NCBI GenBank assembly: GCA_002898395.1
Contig: BEHE01000005.1
Span: 31,523-95,522, forward strand
Direction of reading: 5' to 3'
Length of the DNA stretch: 64,000 bases
Origin: Candidatus Calditenuaceae archaeon HR02
GTDB lineage: Archaea > Thermoproteota > Nitrososphaeria_A > Caldarchaeales > Calditenuaceae
In this document: piece by piece, positions 49,634-59,355 of the stretch
Layout of the letters: every line of letters starts with the position of its first letter
How positions within the stretch are numbered: position 1 is the first letter of the stretch
Notes under the pieces: generated by a model
Databases searched by the model: none
Told to the model about the DNA's origin: nothing
What the model saw: only the letters and a program-made list of their open reading frames with translations
Made by a program: the position numbers and the translations under genes

Positions 49634-50380
49634 ATGGTACTAGTTGCGGTTGTTATACCGACTTATAACGAGGCCGAGAACATTGGGAGGGTGCTCGAAT
49701 CATTGGAATCCACGTCCAGTGTTGTAAACTTCGACATTCATGTGTTAGTGGTTGATGATAGCAGTGTAGACGGCACGGTTGAGATCGTAGAGGATTTTCG
49801 GAAAAGGTTTGGAAATGTCTCTCTCTTAAGGAGGCCTGGCAAGCTGGGGCTCGGCTCTGCATATGTAGATGGTTTTAGGTGGTGCTTGAAGAATCTGGGC
49901 GACTTTGCCGCGGCTGTCGAGATGGATGCGGATGGGAGCCATGACCCGGGTCAGCTTCCCAGTCTAGTAGAGCCAATACTCGAGGGCAGAGCCCATGTTG
50001 TGGTTGGCTCAAGATATATTAAGGGTGGAGGGTGGAGAGATGGGGGTTTTTTGAGAAAGCTAATCAGCAGGGGTGCCAATCTTCTCGTTAGGCTTACAGT
50101 AGGGTTAGGAGTGAGGGACGCTACAAGCGGCTACAGAGCCATAGCCAGAAAAGTGTTGGAAGAGGCCTTCACGGAGGACAGGCAATATGAGTCAGGATAC
50201 ATTTTTCAAGTGGAGACCCTCAACCAATACCGCCTCTTAGGCTTCAAGATTATAGAAGTTCCGATAAACTTCTACGAGAGGGGCGGAGGAAAGAGTAAGT
50301 TGGGGTTGGGCGAGCTCGCTAGCTTTGCCTCATGGTGTCTTAGGCAGTCGGGCAGGAGAATCTTTGGGAGAGCTACTTAA
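49634..50380 (+). CDS. Polyprenol-phosphate mannosyltransferase-like GT2
   Basis: IPTYNEAENI, VDDSSVDGT, GLGSAY, MDADGSH, DATSGYR. Confidence 0.92.
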   Translation: MVLVAVVIPTYNEAENIGRVLESLESTSSVVNFDIHVLVVDDSSVDGTVEIVEDFRKRFGNVSLLRRPGKLGLGSAYVDGFRWCLKNLGDFAAAVEMDADGSHDPGQLPSLVEPILEGRAHVVVGSRYIKGGGWRDGGFLRKLISRGANLLVRLTVGLGVRDATSGYRAIARKVLEEAFTEDRQYESGYIFQVETLNQYRLLGFKIIEVPINFYERGGGKSKLGLGELASFASWCLRQSGRRIFGRAT

Positions 50381-50663
50381 TGGCTCCTATAATTAGGCCT
50401 AATAGCAATCCGACAGCAATGGCGGGGTACCTTGCGAGTAGTGCGAGAAACTCCAGTATCAGGCTCGCCAAGGGGCCGAAGAGTGCTGCAACAGTAGCGG
50501 GAGAGATGATGCCGGCAATGGTGAATCCGAAAAAGAACAGTATTATTAACGCAAATATGATTAGTAGGAGGCCCTTAACTGCCCTGGCGACTCCAAGCCC
50601 TATGAGGGCGCCGGCCAGCAGCAGAACTAAGTTAACCAGCAACCCCTCTATGCTAAGGTCCAT
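50373..50663 (-). CDS. Small hydrophobic membrane protein
   Basis: 96 aa, three predicted TM helices. Confidence 0.7.
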   Translation of the reverse strand: MDLSIEGLLVNLVLLLAGALIGLGVARAVKGLLLIIFALIILFFFGFTIAGIISPATVAALFGPLASLILEFLALLARYPAIAVGLLLGLIIGAIK

Positions 50664-50771
50664 GCCACATAGTGTGCATGCGAGGGATACTTATGCTTTA
50701 CACAGTGCTTCAGGGGTGGTAGACTTTCTTAGCCGTGCGAATAGGGTTTTTTACCAGCCTAGACATCTAGA

Positions 50772-51896
50772 ATGGCAATAACTGGATTGATGCTCGGTCC
50801 TGAATCATATGGGGATAGGCTCGAAGCAATTAATAACATAGTCAGGACTCACCTACCCGTGCGTGAGGCAGTCTATATTGAAGGTGTGCTGACATTTAAG
50901 GTCATGACGAGAGAGATTAAGGAAAGCTTCAAGACAATATACTCGGAGCTTTCCCGCATTGGATTTGTCCCAGTCGCACAGGATATCGATGGGGAGGTGG
51001 CACTAAAGGTCTTTCCATATAGAGCTCCTGAGAGGCGTAGAAGCAGGTGGCCGCTATTCTTGTTTATCGTCACCGTCTTCACGGTCTTTATCGATGGTGT
51101 AATCAGGTCTGGGAGCATTGGTGCTTTCCCCGCTAGTCCCCGCTTCTGGGAGGCTGTAGCATACACTATCGGTGTCCTCTCCATAATAGGGATACACGAG
51201 CTTGGACACAAGATCTCAGCAAGGCAGGACAAGATAGACTCCAGCCTCCCCTACTTTATACCAGGCATCCCCGGTGTCATGCCGACATTCGGAGCCATAA
51301 TCTTCCAGCGCGGGCCTATCCGGAATAGGGACGACTTATTTGACCTAGGCGTAAGTGGGCCTATAGCGGGTTTTCTCGCAAGCCTGGTCGTGATGGCGTT
51401 TGCATTCCAGCAGGCTGAGTGGGTTGAGAAAAGGGTTGTCGAGGAGTTAGTCCAGCGGGGAGCTGTCTCTCTCCTACCCTCACCCCTAATCTTCAACCTG
51501 GCCAACACCATGTTCGCGCGGGGGGATCTTGTTCCTATCTTCCCCGCCGTGGGCTTCGCCGCTTGGCTGGGGATGGTGGTAACCAGTCTGAACCTCCTAC
51601 CCGTCTGGCAGCTCGACGGCGGGAGGATATTCAGAAGTCTCACAAGCTTCAAGCGTTATAGGATACTCTCCTTCATTTCGGTCGGAATACTGTTCATGAC
51701 AGGCTACTACTATCTCTCACTCCTACTCCTCTTCTTCCTGATGACGCCGATAGATTTTGCGCCACTAGACATGGTCTCCCCACTATCAAAGTTTAGAAAG
51801 ATTTCCTTCATAGGGGTAATTCTTATGCTGATTGTTACATTTGTGATCCTGCCGGGTCCACTCCTGGGACTCCTTTCTCCATTGCTACGCTACTAG
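50772..51896 (+). CDS. Site-2 protease (M50) family protein
   Basis: HELGH, PYFIP, TFGA, SGPIAG, NLLPVWQLDGG. Confidence 0.93.
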   Translation: MAITGLMLGPESYGDRLEAINNIVRTHLPVREAVYIEGVLTFKVMTREIKESFKTIYSELSRIGFVPVAQDIDGEVALKVFPYRAPERRRSRWPLFLFIVTVFTVFIDGVIRSGSIGAFPASPRFWEAVAYTIGVLSIIGIHELGHKISARQDKIDSSLPYFIPGIPGVMPTFGAIIFQRGPIRNRDDLFDLGVSGPIAGFLASLVVMAFAFQQAEWVEKRVVEELVQRGAVSLLPSPLIFNLANTMFARGDLVPIFPAVGFAAWLGMVVTSLNLLPVWQLDGGRIFRSLTSFKRYRILSFISVGILFMTGYYYLSLLLLFFLMTPIDFAPLDMVSPLSKFRKISFIGVILMLIVTFVILPGPLLGLLSPLLRY

Positions 51897-52906
51897 CCTG
51901 TTGCCAGCATGCTGAGGTCTGTGTGCAGCCCTTCTCTGACAAGAAGCATCCTATGGGTCCGTCCATGAAGCCTGAGTAGCTGGGCTAAGCCCTCTTGAAC
52001 CGTCTCGAAGGTTTTGAGGCCCAGCAGTAACCGGGCAAGGCTCCGTGGAAGGGATGTGACTAGATAAGTTCTATAGCTTCGGAGAGCGGCGGCTAGCTCA
52101 GCTGCTACGACTCTATAAGGATTGACATATAGGCCTGGCTCTCCTCCCAGACCGGACTCTAAGGTCTCGTAAAGTTGCCGGACAAATTCCGGCGGCCCTA
52201 GACCATCTCTACACTCTGAGACCGCCAGAATAGTTGTCCCATCCCCGCAGGCCGGTGTTGAGAGGATGATGGACTGGGCTGCCAGGTAGAAGGTTGAGTC
52301 TAGGGGTGTCTTTCCCGGCGAGACTATGACAGAGTCGAACACTGGAGGTTTTCGGTCTGCCCAGCTATTTGGTGTCCAGATGCCCTGAACTAATCCGTCG
52401 ATGCTGTAAGAGATCTCTACGGGTAATAGACTGGTGTGGGAGGGGTCATAGCCGCTGACGCCGTGGATCTTGAATAGCCATGCGAGATATTCGGTTGGGC
52501 TTGTGACGACCCGGTTTAGGAGAAGCCTCGATGTGACCGGGTATATGAGGGCCATGGACTCATAGTTCTGGGTCTCGTGTGCGAACTCCTTGATCGGGGC
52601 TAGGGGTGGCTTCTTTTCCAGCCTATCCAGCTCGGCTATCGACTCACTAACTTTCTCCAGCCCAAGCCTCCAGGACGAGACGTAGGCGGTCTTGGCCGAC
52701 TCCGCCAGCCTCTCAAGTATTGTCCTATAGACGGTTGGCGGAGGCAGGTAGTCAATGAAGACGTAGGGCGTGTCCGGGGGTATGGCTGAGACCTTAGACA
52801 ATATTTCTTCATCGGTTAAAGGGGTTAGGTTGGGGGTTGTGACTGATAGTTCTGGTGGGGCTTCGAAGAAGACCTCGGTGTTCCCCCAAGGGACCCAATA
52901 TTCCAT
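51893..52906 (-). CDS. Divergent LarA (lactate racemase)-like protein
   Basis: N-terminal VPWG; C-terminal SPG..PLDSTFY...ECRDGLG pattern resembles the LarA C-domain; central catalytic motifs not recognisable. Confidence 0.55.
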   Translation of the reverse strand: MEYWVPWGNTEVFFEAPPELSVTTPNLTPLTDEEILSKVSAIPPDTPYVFIDYLPPPTVYRTILERLAESAKTAYVSSWRLGLEKVSESIAELDRLEKKPPLAPIKEFAHETQNYESMALIYPVTSRLLLNRVVTSPTEYLAWLFKIHGVSGYDPSHTSLLPVEISYSIDGLVQGIWTPNSWADRKPPVFDSVIVSPGKTPLDSTFYLAAQSIILSTPACGDGTTILAVSECRDGLGPPEFVRQLYETLESGLGGEPGLYVNPYRVVAAELAAALRSYRTYLVTSLPRSLARLLLGLKTFETVQEGLAQLLRLHGRTHRMLLVREGLHTDLSMLATG

Positions 52907-52912
52907 CCCCTA

Positions 52913-54313
52913 TCACTCGCTGCCGCGTCCCCAGTCTGAGTGGAAGTACCCCTCCCTATCCACCCTCTTAAACATATGCCCACCAAAATAGTCCCTAATC
53001 CCCTGTATCAGGTTTGCGGGCAGTCTCTCCGACCTAAGGGAGAGGAAGTATGAGAGGGCGCTCATGGAGGCGGGTGTAGGAATCCTCATCTTAGATGCGT
53101 TAGTGATGAATTGAAGCCAGTGCGGCATCAGCTCCTCGATCTGGGGTATGCTTTTCTCGAGAACCACAACCGTGGGATCGCCCGGAGACCAGGAAAGCTC
53201 CCTGTAAAATTCCTCAACGATTCTTGACCTTATTATGCAGCCGGCCCTCCACACTCGTAGGGCCTCTGAAACCCTGAAGCCATAGTTCCGCGCCCCTGCT
53301 TGAAGGAGTGAAATGCCTTGGATATAGGAGAGGAGTGCTGTGGCGAGTAGCGCGCTTCTGGCCGCTTCAACAGCCCCTCCCACATCCCTATCCCCGTTAA
53401 CCCCTACTCCTCGCCCGGGTCTCCTGAGTATACGCTGGGTTGTGAGTGTCCTCTCCGCCACGGAAGCAGAGATGGTGGGGGCTGAGACTCCCAGCTCCAT
53501 AGCAGCCTCGACCGCCCACTTGCCCGTCCCCTTCTGCTCTGCCTCATCCAAGATTAGCTCGACGAGCGGCTTACCTGTTTCAGGGTCAACGTGCTTGAGA
53601 ACTCTGGCTGCTGCCTCAAGCAGAAACGAGCGTAGGATGCCTTTTCCCCAGTCCTCAAAGACCGAGCCCACCTCCACCGTCGATAGGCCAACTCCTCTCG
53701 CGAGATAATCATAGACCTCGGCTATGGCCTGCATTATCGCATACTCAATGCCATTGTGTACAATCTTGACGAAGTGTCCTGCCCCTCCCTCTCCGAAATA
53801 GCTAAGGCATCTGGAGTTCTCGAAGACTGCTGCGGCGCGCCCTATCTTATTCTCAGCCTCAACATATGCTGAGAAGTCCCCTCCGAACATCATGGAGGGG
53901 CCTTTTAGAGCCCCTTCCTCTCCACCACTCACCCCCACGCCTAGGAATCTTATACCCCTTCCGCTCAGCGCAGCGAATCTCCTGTCAGAGTCCCTGTAAT
54001 GAGAGTTGCCGCAGTCCATGATGACATCCCCCCTCTCGAGCATGCCTGACAGGGTCTCGACCACTTCGTCGACCGGCCTCCCGGCCTTCACGAATAGCAC
54101 AATCATTCTAGGCCGTGAGAGGGATCCTATAAACGACTTCAGATCCGTGAAGCCCTGTATCATCCTCCCTTTGGCCCTGCCTCTGAGGAACTGTAGTGTT
54201 TTCTCGGATGTCCTATTATAGACAGCTACCGTGAGGCCCCTGCTTTCAAGGTTAAGGGCGAATGCCTCGCCCATCACCCCCAAGCCATAGACTCCCACAT
54301 CCAGCCTGTTCAT
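52913..54313 (-). CDS. gnd: 6-phosphogluconate dehydrogenase, decarboxylating, long form
   Basis: GLGVMG, YNRT, DCGNS, GVSGGEEGA, GHFVKIVHNGIEY, QKGTGKW, WRAGCIIRS, QGIRDYFGGH. Confidence 0.96.
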   Translation of the reverse strand: MNRLDVGVYGLGVMGEAFALNLESRGLTVAVYNRTSEKTLQFLRGRAKGRMIQGFTDLKSFIGSLSRPRMIVLFVKAGRPVDEVVETLSGMLERGDVIMDCGNSHYRDSDRRFAALSGRGIRFLGVGVSGGEEGALKGPSMMFGGDFSAYVEAENKIGRAAAVFENSRCLSYFGEGGAGHFVKIVHNGIEYAIMQAIAEVYDYLARGVGLSTVEVGSVFEDWGKGILRSFLLEAAARVLKHVDPETGKPLVELILDEAEQKGTGKWAVEAAMELGVSAPTISASVAERTLTTQRILRRPGRGVGVNGDRDVGGAVEAARSALLATALLSYIQGISLLQAGARNYGFRVSEALRVWRAGCIIRSRIVEEFYRELSWSPGDPTVVVLEKSIPQIEELMPHWLQFITNASKMRIPTPASMSALSYFLSLRSERLPANLIQGIRDYFGGHMFKRVDREGYFHSDWGRGSE

Positions 54314-54316
54314 TTC

Positions 54317-54670
54317 TTATTGAGCCACCTTCTTTTTCAGTGGCTGGCTCACTACCTTTAAGGCGTCCCTACCTGCGTAGATCTCCTCTCCCACTATGAC
54401 GATGGGGCGTATAAGCCGCTTAGGCTCGAGTCTCAGCCTCTCCAGAAACTCCTCGACCCCCTCTTTCTCAATGATCTTCCTCGCCTCTGCCTTACCACCC
54501 CTAACAACGCCCTCAACACCGTACTTCGCCACAAGCGTTTTTAGAACTCCCTTATCAGGAGGACTCTTGACTATGTCTATAAATTTCAGATCCAGCCCGT
54601 GAGACGTTAAAGCTCTTTCAACCTCCCTGCTCGTCTTGCACCGTCTATAGCCGTAGAAGATGATGCTCAT
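54317..54670 (-). CDS. ArsC/Spx family thioredoxin-fold protein
   Basis: CKTSR, DIVKSPP, LIRPIV. Confidence 0.8.
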   Translation of the reverse strand: MSIIFYGYRRCKTSREVERALTSHGLDLKFIDIVKSPPDKGVLKTLVAKYGVEGVVRGGKAEARKIIEKEGVEEFLERLRLEPKRLIRPIVIVGEEIYAGRDALKVVSQPLKKKVAQ

Positions 54671-54676
54671 GAAGGC

Positions 54677-55723
54677 TCACTCTGACGTGATTCTAATGGG
54701 TATTCTAAGGCTCTCGTAGTACTCCCTTACCCAGGGGAGTATCTCCCTCCCCAGCAGGTTTAGGAACTTCTCCTCATCCGGTGAAGAGCTGTGGATGAAT
54801 ACCCTGTCGAAGCCAAGCTTGAGGAATTCTCCCAGCGCCTTGTAAATGTCGTCTGGATCGCTCGTTATCAGCCAAGTCTTCTTAATCTTCTCGACCTCAC
54901 TCTCACCCACCATCGCCTCGAGCTCCCGCGGGTCCGCAACACTCTCCCTCTTCTCCCTCGGAATAGCGGTGGGTGCCCAGAACAGGGCGCCTTCAAGCGC
55001 TTTTTCATAGTCTGGGTCATAAGAGACTTTAAACTCCATACACCTGCTGAGTGTCGAGGTATCCTTCCCCGCCTTCTTGGCGCCATCTTCGAGGGCTTTT
55101 ACGATTAAATCGTAGTTCTCAAGCCCTCGGGGATTCGTAAGTATTCCGTCGGCGTATTGCCCAGCTATCTCTGCAACCTTCTTATCCGCCGTAGCGATAT
55201 ATAGTTTAATATTCTTCTTTGGCTTTGTATAGAGTTTTGCCTTAACAAGGCGGTAGTATTTCCCCTCATAGTCTACGAAGTCTCCGTTCCATAGGAGCTG
55301 GATTATCTCAACCGCCTCCCTTAGCCTCTCTATCTTCTCCTTATAGCCAGGCCACTGGAACCCTAGCGGCACCTCATTCATAGCGTGTCCAGTACCCACT
55401 GTTAGGAAGATGCGCCCAGGATACATGTAGTCGAGAGTTGCGAAGGCTTGGGCTACAATGGCCGGGTGGTACCTAAAAAGGGGAGTTGTGACTGCGGTTC
55501 CAACTTCAACCCCTTTCAGCCTCTCTGCAACCGCCGTCATCCATATCCAAGGGTGTGCAGAGTGACCCCCCTTGTCTCTCCACGGGTGGAAGTGGTCACT
55601 CGTCACTATAGTGTCAAAGCCCACGATGGAAGCGTGTATTGCAAACTCCATCAACCTGTCTGGCGGATACTGCTCCTGAGCTACCCAATAGCCGAGGCTT
55701 ATACCCCTCATCCGCGGATACAC
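54677..55723 (-). CDS. F420-dependent LLM oxidoreductase, Fgd (G6P dehydrogenase)-like
   Basis: QEQY, SDHFHPW, WMTAVAER, PLFRYHPAIVAQAFATL, GTGHAMNE, EFKVSYDPD, FWAP. Confidence 0.88.
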   Translation of the reverse strand: MYPRMRGISLGYWVAQEQYPPDRLMEFAIHASIVGFDTIVTSDHFHPWRDKGGHSAHPWIWMTAVAERLKGVEVGTAVTTPLFRYHPAIVAQAFATLDYMYPGRIFLTVGTGHAMNEVPLGFQWPGYKEKIERLREAVEIIQLLWNGDFVDYEGKYYRLVKAKLYTKPKKNIKLYIATADKKVAEIAGQYADGILTNPRGLENYDLIVKALEDGAKKAGKDTSTLSRCMEFKVSYDPDYEKALEGALFWAPTAIPREKRESVADPRELEAMVGESEVEKIKKTWLITSDPDDIYKALGEFLKLGFDRVFIHSSSPDEEKFLNLLGREILPWVREYYESLRIPIRITSE

Positions 55724-55798
55724 CCTCCATGCCCAATATATCTATAATCCGCCTCGAGCGGCAGAGTAATTAAACAAAAAGCATGAGAATAGGGGTAG

Positions 55799-56476
55799 GT
55801 GGGTAGAAAGCCCTTGAGGCTCGTCCTACTCTCACATAGGGTGGGGAGAAGAACCCCACTCTACCCCGGAACACCCCCTATACAGCTCACACATTATAGG
55901 AGCATAGAGCGCGGGGACTCGAGCAACCTCTGGGTCATCAGCATGGCCAATCACGCCGGGACGCATGTCGATGCGCCAAACCACTTCTACATGGAAGGGC
56001 GAAAAATATCGGAGTACAGATTGGAAGAGCTCATCTTTGAGAACGTCCGGCTGATTGACATTCCGAAGGAGCCCGGCGAAGAGGTCTCAGCCGAGGACTT
56101 GGAGCCGTACAGTGAAATAGTCATGACCTCTAGCCTGCTATTAATCAGGACCGGACTCCAAGCTTACAGGGATACAGACCAGGAGGCATACACTTCCAAG
56201 GGTCTCCTTTTCTCACCATCAGCCGCCAAATTTCTTAAAGACTCGTCCCCTAATCTCAGGGCCCTCGGCATCGACGCAATCAGCGTCTCCACGCCTCTGC
56301 GGAGAAGCGAGGGGCGAGAAAGCCATAGAATACTTCTTTCGGATAATCGTTTCCTAATAATCGAGGATATGGACCTTGCAGGCAAGCCCGATGCTTACAG
56401 GTATGTAATCTTAGCCCCACTGTTTTTAGACGAGGTCGACAGCGCTCCATGCACCGTCATAGGAGTCACCGATTAA
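55799..56476 (+). CDS. Cyclase family metal-dependent hydrolase (kynurenine formamidase-like)
   Basis: HAGTHVDAPNH, LIRTG, LGIDAIS, IIED. Confidence 0.9.
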   Translation: MGRKPLRLVLLSHRVGRRTPLYPGTPPIQLTHYRSIERGDSSNLWVISMANHAGTHVDAPNHFYMEGRKISEYRLEELIFENVRLIDIPKEPGEEVSAEDLEPYSEIVMTSSLLLIRTGLQAYRDTDQEAYTSKGLLFSPSAAKFLKDSSPNLRALGIDAISVSTPLRRSEGRESHRILLSDNRFLIIEDMDLAGKPDAYRYVILAPLFLDEVDSAPCTVIGVTD

Positions 56477-56480
56477 GGTT

Positions 56481-56870
56481 TTAAAGACCCTTTAGTCTCC
56501 TCGATAGTTTCTCCACCTCTCCTCTGAAATCTAGACTGCCATGCCTAATCAACCCGCCCCCCATCGACCTTGGGATGTGAAGTAGCTCGTGGAGGATGAC
56601 CTCCACCTTATCCTCACCCGACAGCCTGTCAAAGACCTCAGAGACAAACTCAATCACGTAGCAGGGACGGAGGCCGAGGCCTGTCCATAACGCCCTACTC
56701 CCAGAGTGTACGCGAGCGGCTACACTCCTAGACCTTGTCTCATAACTCCTAACACACTTAATCCTCGTGTAGTCGAGATAGACTAGCCCAGCACGCGACC
56801 CAATCTCCTTAACATACTCCTCGAGTGACCTGTCCCTCACATACCTAGCCATCGCAAAGCCCCAGTCCAT
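56481..56870 (-). CDS. Putative metallopeptidase
   Basis: YVIEFVSE.FD, ILHELLHIP (HExxH). Confidence 0.8.
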   Translation of the reverse strand: MDWGFAMARYVRDRSLEEYVKEIGSRAGLVYLDYTRIKCVRSYETRSRSVAARVHSGSRALWTGLGLRPCYVIEFVSEVFDRLSGEDKVEVILHELLHIPRSMGGGLIRHGSLDFRGEVEKLSRRLKGL

Positions 56871-56940
56871 GCGGCATCATTTAACCGTATAACGAGAAAT
56901 ATGACAAAAGATATAATCAACAATCCAGAACCTCATTATT

Positions 56941-56996
56941 GGGATGATGACCAACGTCCATGCCGAGATGTGAGGCGTCGATGGGCAGTCTGACCC
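56941..56996 (+). ncRNA. C/D-box guide sRNA
   Basis: Terminal GGG/CCC, box C ATGATGA (56944-56950), D' CCGA (56963-56966), C'-like ATGTGA, box D CTGA (56990-56993), 56 nt, intergenic. Confidence 0.85.
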
Positions 56997-59341
56997 TATC
57001 CCTCTCCTATTATGTTGTGCATTGCGACAAGGTCTTCCCTAAACGGCGCGAGCTCTTCGGGCACGCCTATCCTTAGAGGCTCTCTCAGTGATAGGTTCAT
57101 CTCCTTCTTCCGACGCCAGACATCGCTGTTAAAGGAGACTAGCCGTTCGGTGTATTTTGTGTAAGATTTGTCCCACTTAGGCCTCGGGAACCTCTCTAGG
57201 TGTATTGACCTTTTGGAGTACATGGTCCGCCAGATATAGTCTGTTATGAAGGGTGTTATCGGTGCCAGTAGGAGGAGGCAGGACTTTAGCACGGTGTGTA
57301 GAGTATACCACACTGCTCTCGCGCCCTGTTCATTCGAAGACCTGCCGAGAGCCCGCATCTTCGTCATCTCCAGATAGTGGCTGGCAAAGAGGTTCCAGAG
57401 GAAGTTTCTAACCTTCGTGGCTGGGATGAAAAAGTTGTACTCCCTGTACCCGTCCAATGCCTCCTCGATAAGAGTCGACAACTCTGAGAGTATCCACCGG
57501 TCAGAGGGGAGTAGCTTAGCCCCCCGTGGCTGGGGGAACTGTGAGACATACCTCGCGACGTTCCAGAGCTTCGTTAAGAATCTCCCAGCAGCCTGTATCC
57601 TGGCCTCCGATATCCTGAAGTCGTATCCGAGGCTCGCCTCCTGGGCACACCAGAAACGGAAGATATCAGCCCCATACTTCTCGAGTATGGGGCGCGGGTC
57701 AATCACGTTCCCCCTACTCTTGCTCATCTTCTCGCCCTTCTCGTCAAGCCCCATTCCGCTGATCCAGACGCTCTTAAAGGGCGGCTTCCCCGTCAGCTGA
57801 TAGCACCTCAGTAGAGTGTAGTATAGCCAAGTCCTCACTATGTCCTTCCCCTGCGGCCTAATAGCTACTGGGTATGCGCGGCGGAAGAGTCTCTCATCCC
57901 TCATGTATCCGGAGATGAATAGTGGGGAGATGCTGGAATCAACCCACGTGTCGAGGGTTCTCTCCTCTCCCTCGAAATCTCCGCCACCACACTTCTCGCA
58001 CTTGCTGAAGGGCGGGCTCTCCTTCCACGGCCGGTAATATTTGCCAGGTGGTGGAAGGTTTGGCGAGCCGCAAGACTTACAATACCAGATAGGTATCTCG
58101 GTCGCATAATACCTACGCCTAGAGATTGGCCAGTCAAACTTCAGGGAATTTATCCAGTCGACGAGTAGCTGTCTGTGGAATTCTGGATAGAAGGTCATTT
58201 TCGAGCCGGCCTCCAGCAGTTCCTCCTTCAAGCTCATCTGTGTCAGATAATACTCCTCCATGGGGATGATCTCTATGAGCGTGTTGGACCGCTCGCATAT
58301 CGGTACTTGGTGCATAATCTTCTCAATCTTTACGACCCGCCCCTCGCTGGACAATAGTTCAACAATTCTACGCCTCCCCTCTTCGACTGTCATGCCCCTC
58401 AGCGGCCCCGCAGCTTCGAGCATGCGACCATCTAACCCTACCAGGATAACTTCTTCAAGACCGAGCTCTCGGAAGAGTTGGACATCCGTTCTGTCACCAT
58501 AGCTGCAGACCATCACTAGCCCTGTCCCGAACTCAGGCCTCGCGGCGCTGTGCGCAATTATCGGAACCTCTCTACCATAGATGGGGACAATCGCCTTTCG
58601 ATCCTCGAGGTGCTGGTATCTCTCGTCTGAGGGGTTGTAGATTACTGCCCTGCATGCTCCAAGTAGCTCTGGACGCGTGCTCGCCACGACTATCTCTCCA
58701 CCATCAGTAAGGTCAAAGCGCATGTAGACGAGGTCTGTCGGCATCTCAGCATAGTCAACCTCGGCGTCAGCTATTGTCGTCCCACAGTCGGGGCAGAAGT
58801 TGTTTGGCCTAGACGCCCTGTAAATCAGCCCTTTCTTGAATAGTTCGATAAAAGTGGCTTGGGTGAGGGACCTGTACTCCTCAGAATCTGTCCTATACCT
58901 GTTTTTAAAGTCTCCCGAGAGGCCTGCCCTCCACATGATCCAGAGCATCTCGGCCTCGAGCTCGTCAAGGGTCTGAGAGCAGATGTGTATGAACTCTTCA
59001 CGGGGAAGGCTGGTAAGTCTTATCTTCATCTCTCGCTCCACAAACCTTTCCACAGGTATGCCATTCCTATCAATCCCGATTGGGAAGTAGACTTCATAGC
59101 CCATCATCCGTGCGGTCCTCGCTATCATGTCGATCTGAGTGTAGTGCGCTGCAGCGCCTATGTGCCAAGGCCTCCCCGAAGGGTATGGTGGTGGAGTATC
59201 TATTAGGAATAGCCGCCTCCTCGAATCCTTCCTGAATACGTAGAGTTTTTCAGAATCCCATTTCGAGAGAATCCCCTCCTCCAGCTTAGGCTCCCACCGC
59301 GTCTCCCTCAACCTTGGCTCAAGCTTAATAGTCTCCGACAC
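56996..59341 (-). CDS. valS: Valine--tRNA ligase (archaeal type)
   Basis: DTPPPYPSG, HIGA, STRPEL, FGTGLVMVCSYGD, DWPISRRR, KMSKS. Confidence 0.96.
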   Translation of the reverse strand: MSETIKLEPRLRETRWEPKLEEGILSKWDSEKLYVFRKDSRRRLFLIDTPPPYPSGRPWHIGAAAHYTQIDMIARTARMMGYEVYFPIGIDRNGIPVERFVEREMKIRLTSLPREEFIHICSQTLDELEAEMLWIMWRAGLSGDFKNRYRTDSEEYRSLTQATFIELFKKGLIYRASRPNNFCPDCGTTIADAEVDYAEMPTDLVYMRFDLTDGGEIVVASTRPELLGACRAVIYNPSDERYQHLEDRKAIVPIYGREVPIIAHSAARPEFGTGLVMVCSYGDRTDVQLFRELGLEEVILVGLDGRMLEAAGPLRGMTVEEGRRRIVELLSSEGRVVKIEKIMHQVPICERSNTLIEIIPMEEYYLTQMSLKEELLEAGSKMTFYPEFHRQLLVDWINSLKFDWPISRRRYYATEIPIWYCKSCGSPNLPPPGKYYRPWKESPPFSKCEKCGGGDFEGEERTLDTWVDSSISPLFISGYMRDERLFRRAYPVAIRPQGKDIVRTWLYYTLLRCYQLTGKPPFKSVWISGMGLDEKGEKMSKSRGNVIDPRPILEKYGADIFRFWCAQEASLGYDFRISEARIQAAGRFLTKLWNVARYVSQFPQPRGAKLLPSDRWILSELSTLIEEALDGYREYNFFIPATKVRNFLWNLFASHYLEMTKMRALGRSSNEQGARAVWYTLHTVLKSCLLLLAPITPFITDYIWRTMYSKRSIHLERFPRPKWDKSYTKYTERLVSFNSDVWRRKKEMNLSLREPLRIGVPEELAPFREDLVAMHNIIGEG

Positions 59342-59355
59342 CAGAGCCGAGTTAT

